Below are positions 28,336 through 42,481 of a stretch of 64,000 nucleotides of DNA, one piece after another (position 1 is the first letter of the stretch; each line of letters starts with the position of its first letter). The stretch is from the human T2T-CHM13v2.0 reference genome, Homo sapiens. The notes under the pieces are model-generated. The model did not search any database, had not been told where the DNA came from, and was given only the letters and a program-made list of their open reading frames with translations. A program made the position numbers and the translations under genes. The stretch lies in NCBI RefSeq assembly GCF_009914755.1, contig NC_060936.1, one strand, 5' to 3'.

Positions 28336-28771
28336 TGGGACAAGGCGTCGGCCAGTCATCCACATTGTCTTTTTGCAGATCCACTAATCTTCCATGCAGG
28401 CTCCAACAGCTCCTTCCCGGCCTGGGAACCCAAATCCGCAGGAAGAATCTCGGGGTGTTGTCTTGGCTTATTCATTCAGAGCTGTCGTGTGTGGTTCTGC
28501 AAACAGTACTCAGATGCGTTCCCTCTCCCCGTAGGGATCTTGCTGGAGATGCCCAGGGTTAACAGTGGAACTCCATATGGAGACAGAGGCATGGGGGGAG
28601 CTTCGCTGGAGATGGGACAGCCTGCTCCACCGCGAAGCCTACTGAGGCTCTCTTCTTACGTACCCCGCGCAATCTCATCTCCCTGAACAACTTCCACCTC
28701 CACCTTTCAGCTCATTCCCTAATGTCTGCTTCTGTTGGAACTCCACAATCTCATCTTTATCTGCCTAGGTG

Positions 28772-29560
28772 TGTTACAGTAGGTAGCTGTCAGGTATGAG
28801 CAGGGCAGGAGAGGGTCTGTTCCAATAGCAGGAACCTCAGGTGACCATCAGGTGATGGTCAGGCGGCTGTTAGTCTGTCGCTCTAAAATAATAATTGGTC
28901 GCAGCCGGTGCTAGGGAAAGACAGGCTCCCAGTAGATAGAAAACACCTGAAACGGGTGATAAGCAGCTTCCCGGTAAGATCTTAGCAGTTGGGCGAGTGT
29001 ACTCAAGCATGAGCACTAACAGGCAGAATGCCAGAGTTTAACTGGTATATGACCTTCTAGGGACATTCGACTGATAAGGGAAGAACGCCTCACGTGAGCA
29101 TGTGTACAACTCCTGCATGCGTACAAACACACTGCGCATGCTCCCCTCCCAGGCGCTGGCAGGCCACACACTGCGCATGCTCCCCTCCCAGGTGCCGGCA
29201 GGCCACACACTGCGCATGCTCCCCTCCCAGGTGCTGGCAGGCCACACACTGCGCATGCTCCCCTCCCAGGTGCTGGCAGGCCACACACTGCGCATGCTCC
29301 CCTCCCAGGTGCTGGCAGGCCACTGCGCAAGTGTGGACAGCCTACACCAAGGGAAGAGTCAGGGGAGAAGGAACACAAGACTCCGGAAGCATGCCAGCGT
29401 ATAAAACCGTAAGTCAAAGGTCAGACTGTCCAGTGGGTGATCTCTCAAGTCGCCCGCTTGGCCTCTTCCAAGTGTACTTTACTTCCTTTCATTCCTGCTC
29501 TAAAACTTTTTAATAAACTTTCATTCCTGCTCTAATACTTGCCTCAGTCACTCCTGCCTT
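28772..29560 (+). mobile_element. ERV1 LTR, MER50-like (3'-truncated)
   Basis: Starts TGTTACAGTAGGTAG and contains CAGGTGATGGTCAGGCGG and TCTAAAATAATAATTGGTCGCAGCCGG. TATAAAA at 29400, AATAAA at 29512. Confidence 0.85.
29127..29321 (+). repeat. 39-bp minisatellite, 5 copies, inside the MER50-like LTR
   Basis: Unit ACACACTGCGCATGCTCCCCTCCCAGGYGCYGGCAGGCC. TGCGCATG at 29133, 29172, 29211, 29250 and 29289. Confidence 0.97.
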
Positions 29561-29779
29561 ACCACAATATTTTTTAAAACAAAATCAATACCAAAAAGCC
29601 CATGATAAACAACATATCAAAATTTTATAAAAGCAGGCTGTTTGGTTTGTTTTACGACCTTGCGTTACTGCAAGAGAGGAGCCGTTTCCAATCAGGCTTT
29701 GGATCCTGGGCTTATGTGGCTGCTGTGTCCCTGCCATGGATCTGTGAGGGTTGACAATGGGGTACAAACAAATTGGGCA

Positions 29780-30251
29780 ATATATATATACACATATATG
29801 TGTATATACATATATACACATATATGTGTATATATACATATATACACACATATGTGTATATATACATATATACACACATACATGTGTATATATATACATA
29901 TATACATATATACACACATACATGTGTATATATATACATATATACATATATACACATACACATATATGTGTATATATATAATATATACATATATACACAT
30001 ACACATATATGTGTATATATATAATATATACATATATACACATACACATATGTGTATATATATAATATATACATATATACACATATACACATATATGTGT
30101 ATATATATAATATATACATATATACACATATACACATATATGTGTATATATAATATATACATATATACATATATGTATATGTGTGTATATACACACATAT
30201 ATGTATATATGTATATATGTACATACACACACACACACACACATATATATA
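29780..30251. repeat. ~470-bp TA/CA-rich low-complexity tandem repeat
   Basis: Near-continuous alternating purine-pyrimidine sequence with recurring ACACATATATGTGT palindromes. Confidence 0.95.
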
Positions 30252-30302
30252 GTTTGTTTGTATTTTGAGAGGGAAGAAAGATGAAAGAAAGGGAGGGCTT
30301 AA

Positions 30303-30467
<165 letters not shown>

Positions 30468-30974
30468 TAAAAAATTTATTAAAATATTTGAGACAGGGTC
30501 TTGCTTTGTTGCCAGGCTGGAGTGCAGCGGTGCAATCACAGCTCACTGCAGTCTTAACCTCCTGGGCTCAAGCAATCCTCCTGCCTCAGCTGCCTGAGTA
30601 GCTGGGTTCACAGGTACGTGCCACCACGGCCAGCTAATTTTTTTGATTTTTAGTAGAGACGGTGCCTTGCTATGTTGCCCAGGCTGATCTCGAACTCCTG
30701 GATTCAAGCAATCCTTCCGTCTTAACGTCCTAAAGTGCTGGGATTTCAGGCATGAGCCACCATGCCCAGCCTCTTGGATATTTTTATTAGATTTTTTTTT
30801 TTTTTTGTAGAGATGGGGGTCTTGCTGTGTTGCCCAGGCTGGTCTTGAACTCCTGGGCTCAAATCATCCTGCCTTGGCCTCCAAAAGTGTTGGGATTACA
30901 AGTGTGAACCACTGTACCTGGCCTTTTTATTTTTGTTTTAAAAGAGAGAAGAAAGGGAGATGGGGGGAAGGAGG

Positions 30975-31170
<196 letters not shown>

Positions 31171-32427
31171 TGACTAATTTTTTTGTATTTTTAGTAGAGA
31201 TGGGGTTTCACCACATTGACCCAGCTGGTCTCAAACTTCTGACCTCAAGTGATCCACCTGCCTCCGCCTCCCAAAGTGCTGGGATTATAGGCGTGAGCCA
31301 TCGTGCCCGGCTGAGGCTTAATTTTTTGATTGGAGACTTTTAAATGACGTTTTTCCACTTGGTTCAAAGCATGGGAAGATATTTTGATAAGCGCATATAG
31401 GGACACACACGTTTCCTTCTGTCTCGGGCTCCAAGAGGGCCTAGCACAGCAGTGCTCACTGATGATCAGGCCTCTCCTTCCAGTGCTCTTCACACACAGA
31501 CCATGTCTAGATTCCTCCTTTCGGGATGGAAGCCCTGTGGGGGCAGAGCCAACCTCTCCCGTTGCTTCTCTCTTTGTCTATCTCTGCTCCAGCATAAGGA
31601 GGGCTTGCAGCTGGCTGAATGAGCCTTGGTTTTCCTTGCAGCCTCACCTTCAGACAGACTTTTCTGACCTGCATACCTGGTCCAATGCTGTCAGTTGACT
31701 AGTTTGGGTTTTTTGTACTGCTCAAAGGCACCCAGCTGAGATGGTTGGGGTGGGGTTGGAATCCAGTCTCACTGCTGGCCAAGCCCTGGATGCTGGCCTG
31801 AGGTCACATCCTTTGGGGTGGGGGCACATTTTCAAATTCATCCACTCAGAGGGGGCACATGTTTCTAACTCACACACAGTCTCCCTGTGTGTGGCTGTTC
31901 TGAGTACCATTCCCAACATCATCTGCTCAGGGAATTTCTACCCCCCATCAACCTCGTGTAAGACAGAGCTTGAGCTTTTGACCTCCTCTGTGAAGTCTAT
32001 TTTGCTCTCAGTCTCTTAGACAGAATTGCTTTTTGTCTAGGAGACAGAAGTTTCTAAGTGCTTACTCTTGAGTTCTATACTTACTTTGTGGCAGACTAGT
32101 GACAAACCATCAGCCGACCAGGCCCAGGTCTGGAGGCCACACTTCGAGGGCTCCACCTTAGACCAGCCCTCTGCTGCACACAGGGTGACCTTCTACATGT
32201 TTTTATGATGGAAGCAAGCTATCTCTGTGAATTGTAATTATGTGGACAAGCACGGAGCCACATGGCTGGCAGAGCAGTCTGGCATGCATCAGTCAAGAGC
32301 AGGGCAGTTCTTCTTTGATCTAAGAATGTCTTTGAAGAACACTAGAATAACAGATGGTAAAGTAAAATGTTCAGACAAGTAACTCCTTGCTTTACCTCAG
32401 GATACCAAACAACTGGTTCAGTGTCTA

Positions 32428-32793
32428 TGTCAGTCAGGATGGGCTGGGTTAGCTGACATAACAAACAGCCCCAAGTCTCAGTGGCATAAAGCAACAAAGC
32501 TTTATTTCTTGCACACGCTGCATGTTCATCATGGAACCCAGATGAATGCAGCAGTTGCTATGTGGAATATTGCTTACCACCATGGGAGGAAGGAAAAAGC
32601 CCACAAGGGTCTTGCATCAACAATTAATTGCTTGGGACTTGGAAGTGACATCATTTCTGCTTTCAACTTGTAAGGCAGAATTAGTGTCATCATCCCCCAC
32701 AACCTCAAAAGGTGCAAAAGTGCAAACTGGCAGTGTACCCAGAAGACAAGAGAGTTTGGAAATATTTGGAAAACAACAGTTATGACTACCACA
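32428..32793 (-). mobile_element. MaLR LTR (old MLT1 subfamily)
   Basis: tgtcagtcaggatgggctgggtt...aacaaacagcccc...ctcagtggc...tttatttcttg...aatatttgg...gactaccaca signature. Confidence 0.65.
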
Positions 32794-33125
32794 GTGGCAC
32801 GTTCCATAAAGTTGACAGATTTTCCTAATTTTCTAAATAACCACCCCTAGTAGTTGTTTTGGTGTCTAGAAAAATGAGTTGTCAACAGCAGGACACAGCA
32901 GTAACAACTGCAGTTAAAAACCGAAAGCACAGTCTTTTTTGAATATCATGCAGTGACATCTCTGCCAGTAGTAAAGATTCTCATGCGGTATGTGTCTGTT
33001 TTATGTTATAGAGGTGGCTCAGATTATGCTGTAAAAAGCAGCAGAGTGATAGTGGCCCAAATGCAGTTTATTAGGTGAGAGTCTTAGCATCTTAGTAAAA
33101 TATATATTATAAAATATATGTATGT

Positions 33126-33128
<3 letters not shown>

Positions 33129-33164
<36 letters not shown>

Positions 33165-33165
33165 T
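33129..33165. repeat. (TG)n microsatellite; a (TA)n run lies at ~30977-31007
   Basis: Read directly from the sequence. Confidence 0.9.
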
Positions 33166-33435
33166 ATTTCATAATTGAAAAGCATTGGCTAATCCATCCA
33201 ATGGATCAGATGAGATGGTGGATGTGAAAATTATTTGTAAATTGTAAAGAGCTATAAAATAGAAAGCAAAGCACTATTTAAAAAAATTGTTGTTACCCTA
33301 AAAGATCAGGCATCTCATCATAGGGTCATCATTGGACACTTATGATCTAAGATCTTATTCTGCTTTAGGTATATACTCATTTCTTTTCCTTTGCTTTTAA
33401 AACAAAACTCTAATTATAGCAGCACTATAGCGAAC

Positions 33436-33468
<33 letters not shown>

Positions 33469-34384
33469 GAGACAGTCTTGCTTTTTTGCCCAGGCTGGAG
33501 TATAGTGGCATGATCTTGGCAACCTCTGTCCCCTGGGTTCAAGCAATTCTTCTGCCTCAGCCTCCCAAGTAGCTGGGATTACAGGCTCCCGCCACCATGC
33601 CTAGCTAAGTTTGTATTTTTAGTAGAGACGGGGGTTTTGCCATGTTGGCCAGGCTGGTCTCAAACTCCTGACCTCAGGCGATCCACCCTCCACCCTCCTC
33701 GACCTCCCAAAGTGCTAGGATTACATGCGTGAGCCACCACGCCTGGCCCGCATGGTGGTGGCTATATATACTCAAAACAAAACTGAAAAACTCAGTTTTT
33801 CTGGAGATAAATTGCCGTGTGATTAATACCACTGAATTAAACATTGAGAATTTTTTTTTGTTTGTTTTTGAGATGGAGTCTCACTCTGCCGCCCAGGCTG
33901 GAGCACAGTGGCATGATCTCGGCTCACTGCAACCTCTGCCCCACCGAGTTCAAGCAATTCTCCTGCCTCAGCCTCCCGAGTAGTTGGGATTATAGGTGCC
34001 TGCCACCGCACCTGGCTAATTTTTGTATATTTAGTAAAGACAGGGTTTCACCATCTTGGCCAGGCTGGTCTTGAACTCCTGATCTCATGATCCACCTGCC
34101 TCGGCCTCCCAAAGTGTTGGGATTACAGGCGTGAGCCACCACGTCTGGCCAAACATTGAGAAATTTAAAAATTAGTTACAGATAAAGTCTACACAAATTT
34201 CTTCTACATACAAATAAAGCCCAGGTGGAAACTACAACGAAATGTTCCATTTGTAGCATATACTTTAAAAAGTTCAGCCCCCTCAATACATGTAGGTGGG
34301 TCTTGTTTTAGGAAGATGTGCAAATTTCCAAACTCTTAAAACAGAATAATTAAGGGGTGAATTGCACATTAAAAAGTTAGGTTA

Positions 34385-34495
<111 letters not shown>

Positions 34496-35113
34496 TTAAA
34501 AAAAAATTGCCAGGTGCGGTGGTGTGCACCTGTATGTAGTCCTGGCTATTTAAGAGGCTGAGGTGGGAGGATGCTTGAGCCCAGGAGTTTGAGGCTGCAG
34601 TGAGCTATGATTGCATCACTGCACTCTATCCTGTGTGACATAGTGAGAGCCTGTCTCTAAAAAATATGTAAATAAAATAGAAAGTAATTAAAAAAGCATA
34701 ATGTTCTCCCTCAGTGCATTAATATCATATAAAAAAACATGTGAGTAAAAAATTATGTCAGTTCTACAAGTTGAAATATATATACAATTCTATGGATAGC
34801 TTCCTCTGTATGTATGTTGTAGCATATATGCTATCATCTCACAATTAGTGGGCAATAATAGATGCAACTGAAATTCCTACAGTTTAGTTGATCTTGAATC
34901 CTAGGATGACACAGTTACCTCAAGAACCGTATCATTTGCCAAACCTAGACTTGATTGAACTAGATACTAAATATGATTCAAGTTCTAATAGTGCTTACGC
35001 CTGTAATCCCAGCACTTTGGGAGGCCGAGGCGGGCAGAGCACGAGGTCGGGAGATTGAGACCATCCTGGCTAACACAGTGAAACCCCATCTCTACTAAAA
35101 ATACAAAAAATTA

Positions 35114-35350
<237 letters not shown>

Positions 35351-35398
35351 TTAGAAATCGTCATTGTGCTTGCCTCTCTGATCCAACAGTTTGATTAT

Positions 35399-36083
35399 TG
35401 CTGTCCAAAAGACCACCACGATGGCTAAAAGGTAGAAAGAAGACCTTTACTGGTGATAATCGCTTTGCCAGCTGGGAAGAGAAAGTGTCCAGTGTGTATC
35501 AAAGGTGCTCTCTCTTCAAAGAGGGGAAGGATGGTTGGGTTTTATGCCTCACAGGGTCTGTATTACACACTAGAGTCATACATATTCAGCAGGTTTGGGG
35601 AAAGGCTATACATATTTATGAAGGCTGCCTTGTGCTTGAGCAATGGGTAAACATATATGCAACATACATCCCCTGTGCACTTTGGGGTGGGGTTTTAGCA
35701 TTAAAATGAGGTAGAATTTGGCTCTTTATGTCAAAAGGTGAACTTTATGACTCAAAGATGGTTTGTGCGCGGCCTCTACAAGCTGGCTGAAATTGGCTTA
35801 AGGTCTGCAGTTGTTTGTCAAAAAAGAGAATGTTTGTAAGGCTGATCCTCTGTCCAACAGAGTTGTAGTGGTCTGGGTTGTAAACCAGAGTTCAGATAAT
35901 CTGCCTGATAGCTTCTGTTGTTAGGGGGTTTAGTGAAAGTGCGGTTTTGCTTGTAGAAATTTAGAAATTTGTCATGCCACCTGGCCCCTGAATCCTCTAT
36001 CTCTAGGTAATATTTTGGTTTCTTTACCCTCAGGGTCCATCTTAGTTGATAAAGGGGTGTCTATTTTGCTCTCTGAGGTCACA
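35399..36083 (-). mobile_element. ERV1 solo LTR, MER39-like
   Basis: Reverse complement begins TGTGACCTCAGAGAGCAAAATAGACACCCCTTTATCAACTAAGATGGACCC, a MER39-type 5' end. Confidence 0.7.
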
Positions 36084-36255
36084 TCATCACAGTAACCCAG
36101 TCACACGGATTTTCTTGAGACATTCCTGAAGGCAGCCCCAGGAAAGGCATTCTGATAATACTTTAACAATGGCTGCAATTTTGTGCCTCCTGATGTAACC
36201 ACTTTGAAGTCCTTTAAATAAATAAGTTCTGATATATGTTACCCGACAAACTTAA

Positions 36256-36617
36256 TGTCACAGGTGGTGACTATCTGGGGCCAGTGGCGCAGATGGTAAA
36301 GGAATTTATCAAGACAGTTGTACATAAAGGAATGCAGATTTATTGAGAAGGAATGAAAATACTTTGCAAGGCCGCAGCGGGCAGCACAGCAGAAAAGGAG
36401 CCGTCTGCAGAGAGGGAGGGGCTGGAGGGAAGTTTTATAGGGTTGTGCTGGAGGGGGTTATGTGCAGAAGGAGGTCCCCCAGCAGGTGCTTGTGCCCGCG
36501 GGTTGTTTGTGATTAGCCATCTCTCAGAACAATCATTCATTCATTGATATTCCCCACCTGCCCCCACCCCAACCAGCGACCCCTTCCTTGTCGTTGTTTA
36601 CTTATCAGGGCTCCACA
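36256..36617 (-). mobile_element. ERVL solo LTR, LTR47-like, with perfect 5-bp TSD
   Basis: TG...CA termini. CTTAA at 36251-36255 and 36618-36622. Minus-strand TATAAAA (36433-36439) and AATAAA (36339-36344). Confidence 0.8.
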
Positions 36618-37240
36618 CTTAATTCTAAATAAGCTACCTTTGATGAAGAGTGGCAGTTATGATCTCTTAAAGGCCCGAGCCATTAAGACATTTTTAACAG
36701 CTGCAGGAAAAAGTCTGCCTTTATTCAGACGTCAGGTGCATCTTCTCAGAGGTCCAGGTCTCCATATGGCCACTGTTCAGCGTTCATTGAGAAGCACCTC
36801 CCACAAGTGCAAAATATGAGGTGTTGGACCAAGGAAACTGGACAGCTCTTTTCTAGTTTAATTCTCATTAATTGTGTTCTTTTAAAATAGGTGATTATGC
36901 TTAATCTGAGGAGGATGCCACAGCCACAGAAGTATCTGGTTTATATCATTCTGCCATAACTTAGGATGGGCTTAGTCTATGACAGCCCTGTCTCCTAGAC
37001 CATCAAAGGAAGTTTCCAGGAAAAGGTAGATCTCGAATTAATTGTGGAAGAAGAAAACAAAGAAGAAGAAGGCACGAAGTTGGCCGATATAGAATAGATA
37101 CTACTCTAAGCCCTTTAAGTTTATGGGTTGATCATGAAATTTAATATGCAGGGAAATAAATCTTTGATGTTCTTTGGATCAGGAAAATATTAATATCATC
37201 AAGATGAAGGATATATTAACTCTATCCAGGCAAGTATTTT

Positions 37241-37276
37241 GTTAGCAGTATGCTCTAACCAGCTGAGCTAACTGGC
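37241..37276 (-). pseudogene. Tailless retropseudogene of the 5' half of tRNA-Ile(AAT)
   Basis: Reverse complement GCCAGTTAGCTCAGCTGGTTAGAGCATACTGCTAAC is 30/36 identical to the tRNA-Ile-AAT 5' half as recalled. Flanked by 15-bp direct repeats at 37226-37240 and 37286-37300. Confidence 0.8.
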
Positions 37277-37449
37277 AACATTATGCCAGGCAGGCATTTT
37301 AAAATAAAAATTTTAATTGATACCTTTTCTTTTGGATAAAGTAAATAAAATCAGAGGGATACTACCTAAAATATTTAAGATGTAAGATGAAATGAGCCAC
37401 CCATAAGAAAAATTAAAAATAAAATATTTTAGAGAATATGTACCTATCA

Positions 37450-37656
<207 letters not shown>

Positions 37657-38202
37657 TCAGGCTGGAGCGCAGTGGCACTATCTTGGCTCACTGCAACCTC
37701 TGCCTTCTGGGTTCAGGCGATTCTCCTGCCCCAGCCTCCTGAGTAGCTGGGATTATAGGCACCCACCACCACACCCGGCTATTTTTTTTGTATTTTCAGT
37801 AGAGACGGGGTTTCACCATCTTGGCCAGGCTGGTCTTGAACCCTGACTTCAAGTGATCCACCTGCCTTGGCCTCCCAATGTGCTGGGATTACAGGTGTAA
37901 GTCACCATGCCTGGCCATCTCATCTCTATTAACAACAACAAAAAAAAGTAAATGAATTTAGATCTTCAAATAATACTTGTCAAATTGAGTAATTGAGTAC
38001 AATATGTTAACCATAAATAGTTTTATGTTTTATTTTATTATTTTATATTTTTAGATAGGGTCTCACTGTCACCCAGACTAGAGTGCAGTGACATGATCAT
38101 AGCTCACTGCAGCCTTGAACTCCTGGGCTCAGGGAATCCTCCCACCTCCTGAGTACCTGGAAAAATCTATTTTTAAAAGCAGGGGTTCCTCATGGATCTC
38201 TA

Positions 38203-38550
<348 letters not shown>

Positions 38551-38619
38551 CTAATTTTATAAAATTATATTTTTATATTTTTCAGGATTAATTTCTCCTG
38601 TATTAGTTTCTCATGGTGC

Positions 38620-39387
<768 letters not shown>

Positions 39388-40114
39388 CTAATAGGCAGTC
39401 TAAAATTAGATAAATTGTGGTGTAAATTTCAGAGGCAGTTTGGTAAAAAGGTTCAATTTTAGCCTTCATCAATTTTAGAAAAAAACATTTTGGGAGACAA
39501 TATTAGGCCCTTGTATGTGGCTTCAATGAGTTTTTAAGAATTTGTTAGCCAACTCTGTAGAAACATCTCCTGCTTGCAAAACAAAACAAAATTATGTTGA
39601 AGGTATTATTATGATTATTAGGATAAACATCAGGAGGATGTGTTATAATGGTTTTCTTTCACAACAGGTGGACTTTTTTTGGCTTGTTTCTACCTCTCAA
39701 ATTAGGGTCTTCATGTGGATGCCACCTAATCTATAGACCAAAGCATTGCTTAATGCTTAAACATTTTTTCTCCGTTTTTCATTATCAATAAGGGCAGTAG
39801 GTCAAACATTTTTGTCATTTACCTAGGTCCTGGGTTGTGCTGATAATATTGCTTATGGCACAGATTTTGAAAAAGAGCAGCAAATTTTAGTGCAGCAGAA
39901 AAACATACGAAAGTGTTGGAACAGGTTGGGCGCGGTGGCTCATGCCTGTAATCCCAGGACTTTGGGAGGCTGAGGTGGGTGGATCACTTGAGGTCAGGGG
40001 TTCAAGACCAGCCTGGCCAATGTGGTAAAACCCCGTCTCTACTAAAAAAAAAAAAAAAAAAAATACAAAAGTTAGCTGGGTGTGGTGGCGGGCACCTGTA
40101 ATCCCAGCTACTCA

Positions 40115-40219
<105 letters not shown>

Positions 40220-41299
40220 TCAGGAAAAAAAAAACAAAAAACAAAAAACGTTGGAACATTGTGTAGAGATGAGCACTGGATAGGGGTTTGGAAACCTGGA
40301 TTCTGGTCTTGGTTCTAGTGCTAACAAGCCATGTTATACTGGGCAAGTCCCTTCTCCCTGTCTGTGAAAAACAAAGGAACTGTGTTCCTGAAATTCTCTG
40401 CATTGTATGATCTTCTACAACAAAAATGCAAGCTTTGCTAAAGCAGTGTTGTACGCCTTGTCTGGGGCTGAGTCCTAGAATGGTTCCTGGTACCTTGCAG
40501 ATGCTCAGGAAATATTTATTGCTATTGAACAGCTTATGGTGTCCACTGGCCACAGAAAAGGCTCTGTTGCATGTATAAAGCTGTAGTTATTTTTCAAAAG
40601 GCTTTCAGTTAGCAGGCACTCAACACTCACGGGTCTGAAATATTCCATTTGTTCTCAAGGGGAACACACCTTACTTGCTCATACAGAAATATGGGCATGG
40701 AGGAGCCTAGTGGACGGGGGAAGAAGACAGGCTTAGGAGTCAGAAAATCTGGCTCACCACTAATGACTGTGTGGCTTTGGGTAAGTCATTCTGTTCTCCA
40801 AAGTTCCGTGCTCTCATCTGCAAGGTGAGAGAGCTGACTCAGACCCCGGGACCCTTCTAGAGGCACACCTCTGACTCTGGTCCTCTTATTCTTGTAATAG
40901 ATAACAAACGAATATTAAGCGCAGATGAAAGCATTCAGAAGAATGTGGGGCTGATGAGGAACAAAGGCAAGAAAATTAGCACAGAGGCACCAGCTCATTA
41001 GAAACATCAAGACAGGCAGACTATGCTTTTTATGTTCACCACATAAAATCCTTTATGAGCATCTGCTGGGGTGTCTCTTCCTTTGCTGTTACTGGCTCAG
41101 CAAAGCAGGTCATGCCCTCAGCCATGTCTGCTGCCCAAGTAGCTGTCACAGGGAGGTAGCACCAGGAGAGAAAGCCTGCCAGCTTGCAAGTCCATGGCAA
41201 TGTCCGTGTTCTTTAAACCGCCCAATTGTGGTGATCCTGAGGATTTGGCCTTAACTTTTGTAGACAATTCTGGACCTATCGTATTTTGAGTTCCTTTAC

Positions 41300-42025
41300 A
41301 AAAAAATTACTAGATGCCTCACACTCATTAGGATGACCACTGTAAACCAAAAATAAAAACACCCCAGGAAATAACAAATGTTGGCAAGGATGTGGAGAAA
41401 GTAGAACTCTGTGCATTGTTGATAAGAGTGTAAAGTGCTGTAGCTGCTGTGGAAACAGTGTGGACGTTCCCCAAAAAAATTAAACATAGAATTATCATAT
41501 GATCCAGCAATCCCACTTCTGGGTATACACCAAAATAATTGAAAGCAGGATTTCAAAGAGATTTTTGCACATCTATGTTCATTGTAGCTCTATTCACAAT
41601 AGCCAAGAGGTGAAAGCAACCCCAAATGTCCATTGACAGATAAATAAAAAAAAATGTGGTATAGACATACAATGGAATATTGTTCAGCCTTAGAAAAGGA
41701 GATCCTGTGACATGCTACAACATGTGACATGGACCTTGAGGACATTATGCTAGGAAAGATAAGCCAGTCACAAAAAGACAAATACTGTATGATTCTATTA
41801 CATAAGGTATCTAAGTAGTCAAACTCACAGAAACCAAAAGTAGAATGGTGGCTGTCAGGGGCTGGAGGGAGCTGTTCAATGGATTGAGAATCTCGGTTTT
41901 GCAAGATGAAAAAGTTCTAGAGAATTCACAACAGTGTGAATATGATTAACACTACTGAACTGTACACTTAAACATGATTGAGATGGTGAAGTTTATGTTC
42001 TGTGTTTTTTAGCACAATTTAAAAA
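41300..42025 (+). mobile_element. L1 (L1M-type) 3' fragment
   Basis: ORF2 end and 3' UTR motifs gatccagcaatcccacttctgggtata, tattcacaatagccaaga, agccagtcacaaaaagacaaatactgtatgattc. Confidence 0.85.
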
Positions 42026-42406
42026 TTGACCAGACATGTGACCCAGTAGTAAGCTGCTACTAACCTCGTTGTCACATTAGAATGCCCTTAATTTCTTCAG
42101 ACAGGGTCTTTCAGTTCTGTGAATAAGAGGCACCAATTCTTTTCCAGCATTGCTAAGAAAGGGAATTTTGCAGTTACACGAATGAAGAAAGAGACACAGT
42201 CAAGGTAGGGTGGCCAGCAAGATTGTAATTATGCTCAAAATGGTGGTCTTCTGGTGGAGGGTCCTGGTGGATGGAGGGGTTAGGAAACAGAAGGTGGGAT
42301 GCTGACTCTTCATTGGCAGCGTGACTCTGTGGGCCCCCGTGGGCTATCAGGGCTATGCTACCCAGGACGGTCTGCTGGGTTTTCTCCACTTGTGTTTCCT
42401 GTAGAT

Positions 42407-42481
42407 TTATACTCCTCCTGCATCTTGCTGGGGGCTTAGTTTAGCCTGTGGGATGAAACACTCTTGTGTGGGATCAACAGT
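42407..42481 (-). CDS. GPRC5D: GPRC5D last coding exon (TVDPTQECFIPQAKLSPQQDAGGV*); spliced protein 345 aa
   Basis: Acceptor ttcttcctttccag|ACT, TAA at 42409-42407. 895+68+75 nt = 345 codons plus stop. Confidence 0.95.
   Translation of the reverse strand, partial: TVDPTQECFIPQAKLSPQQDAGGV

Noticed and set aside
29127-29321. CRISPR-like regular repeat
   Set aside because: The units are head-to-tail with no unique spacers, there are no cas genes, and the DNA is human.
29016-29513. Cys/Pro-rich repetitive ORFs (THCACSPPRCWQA repeats) resembling KRTAP or LCE proteins
   Set aside because: They arise because the 39-bp unit is a multiple of three and stop-free in all frames. They lie in LTR U3 upstream of the TATA box with no gene structure.
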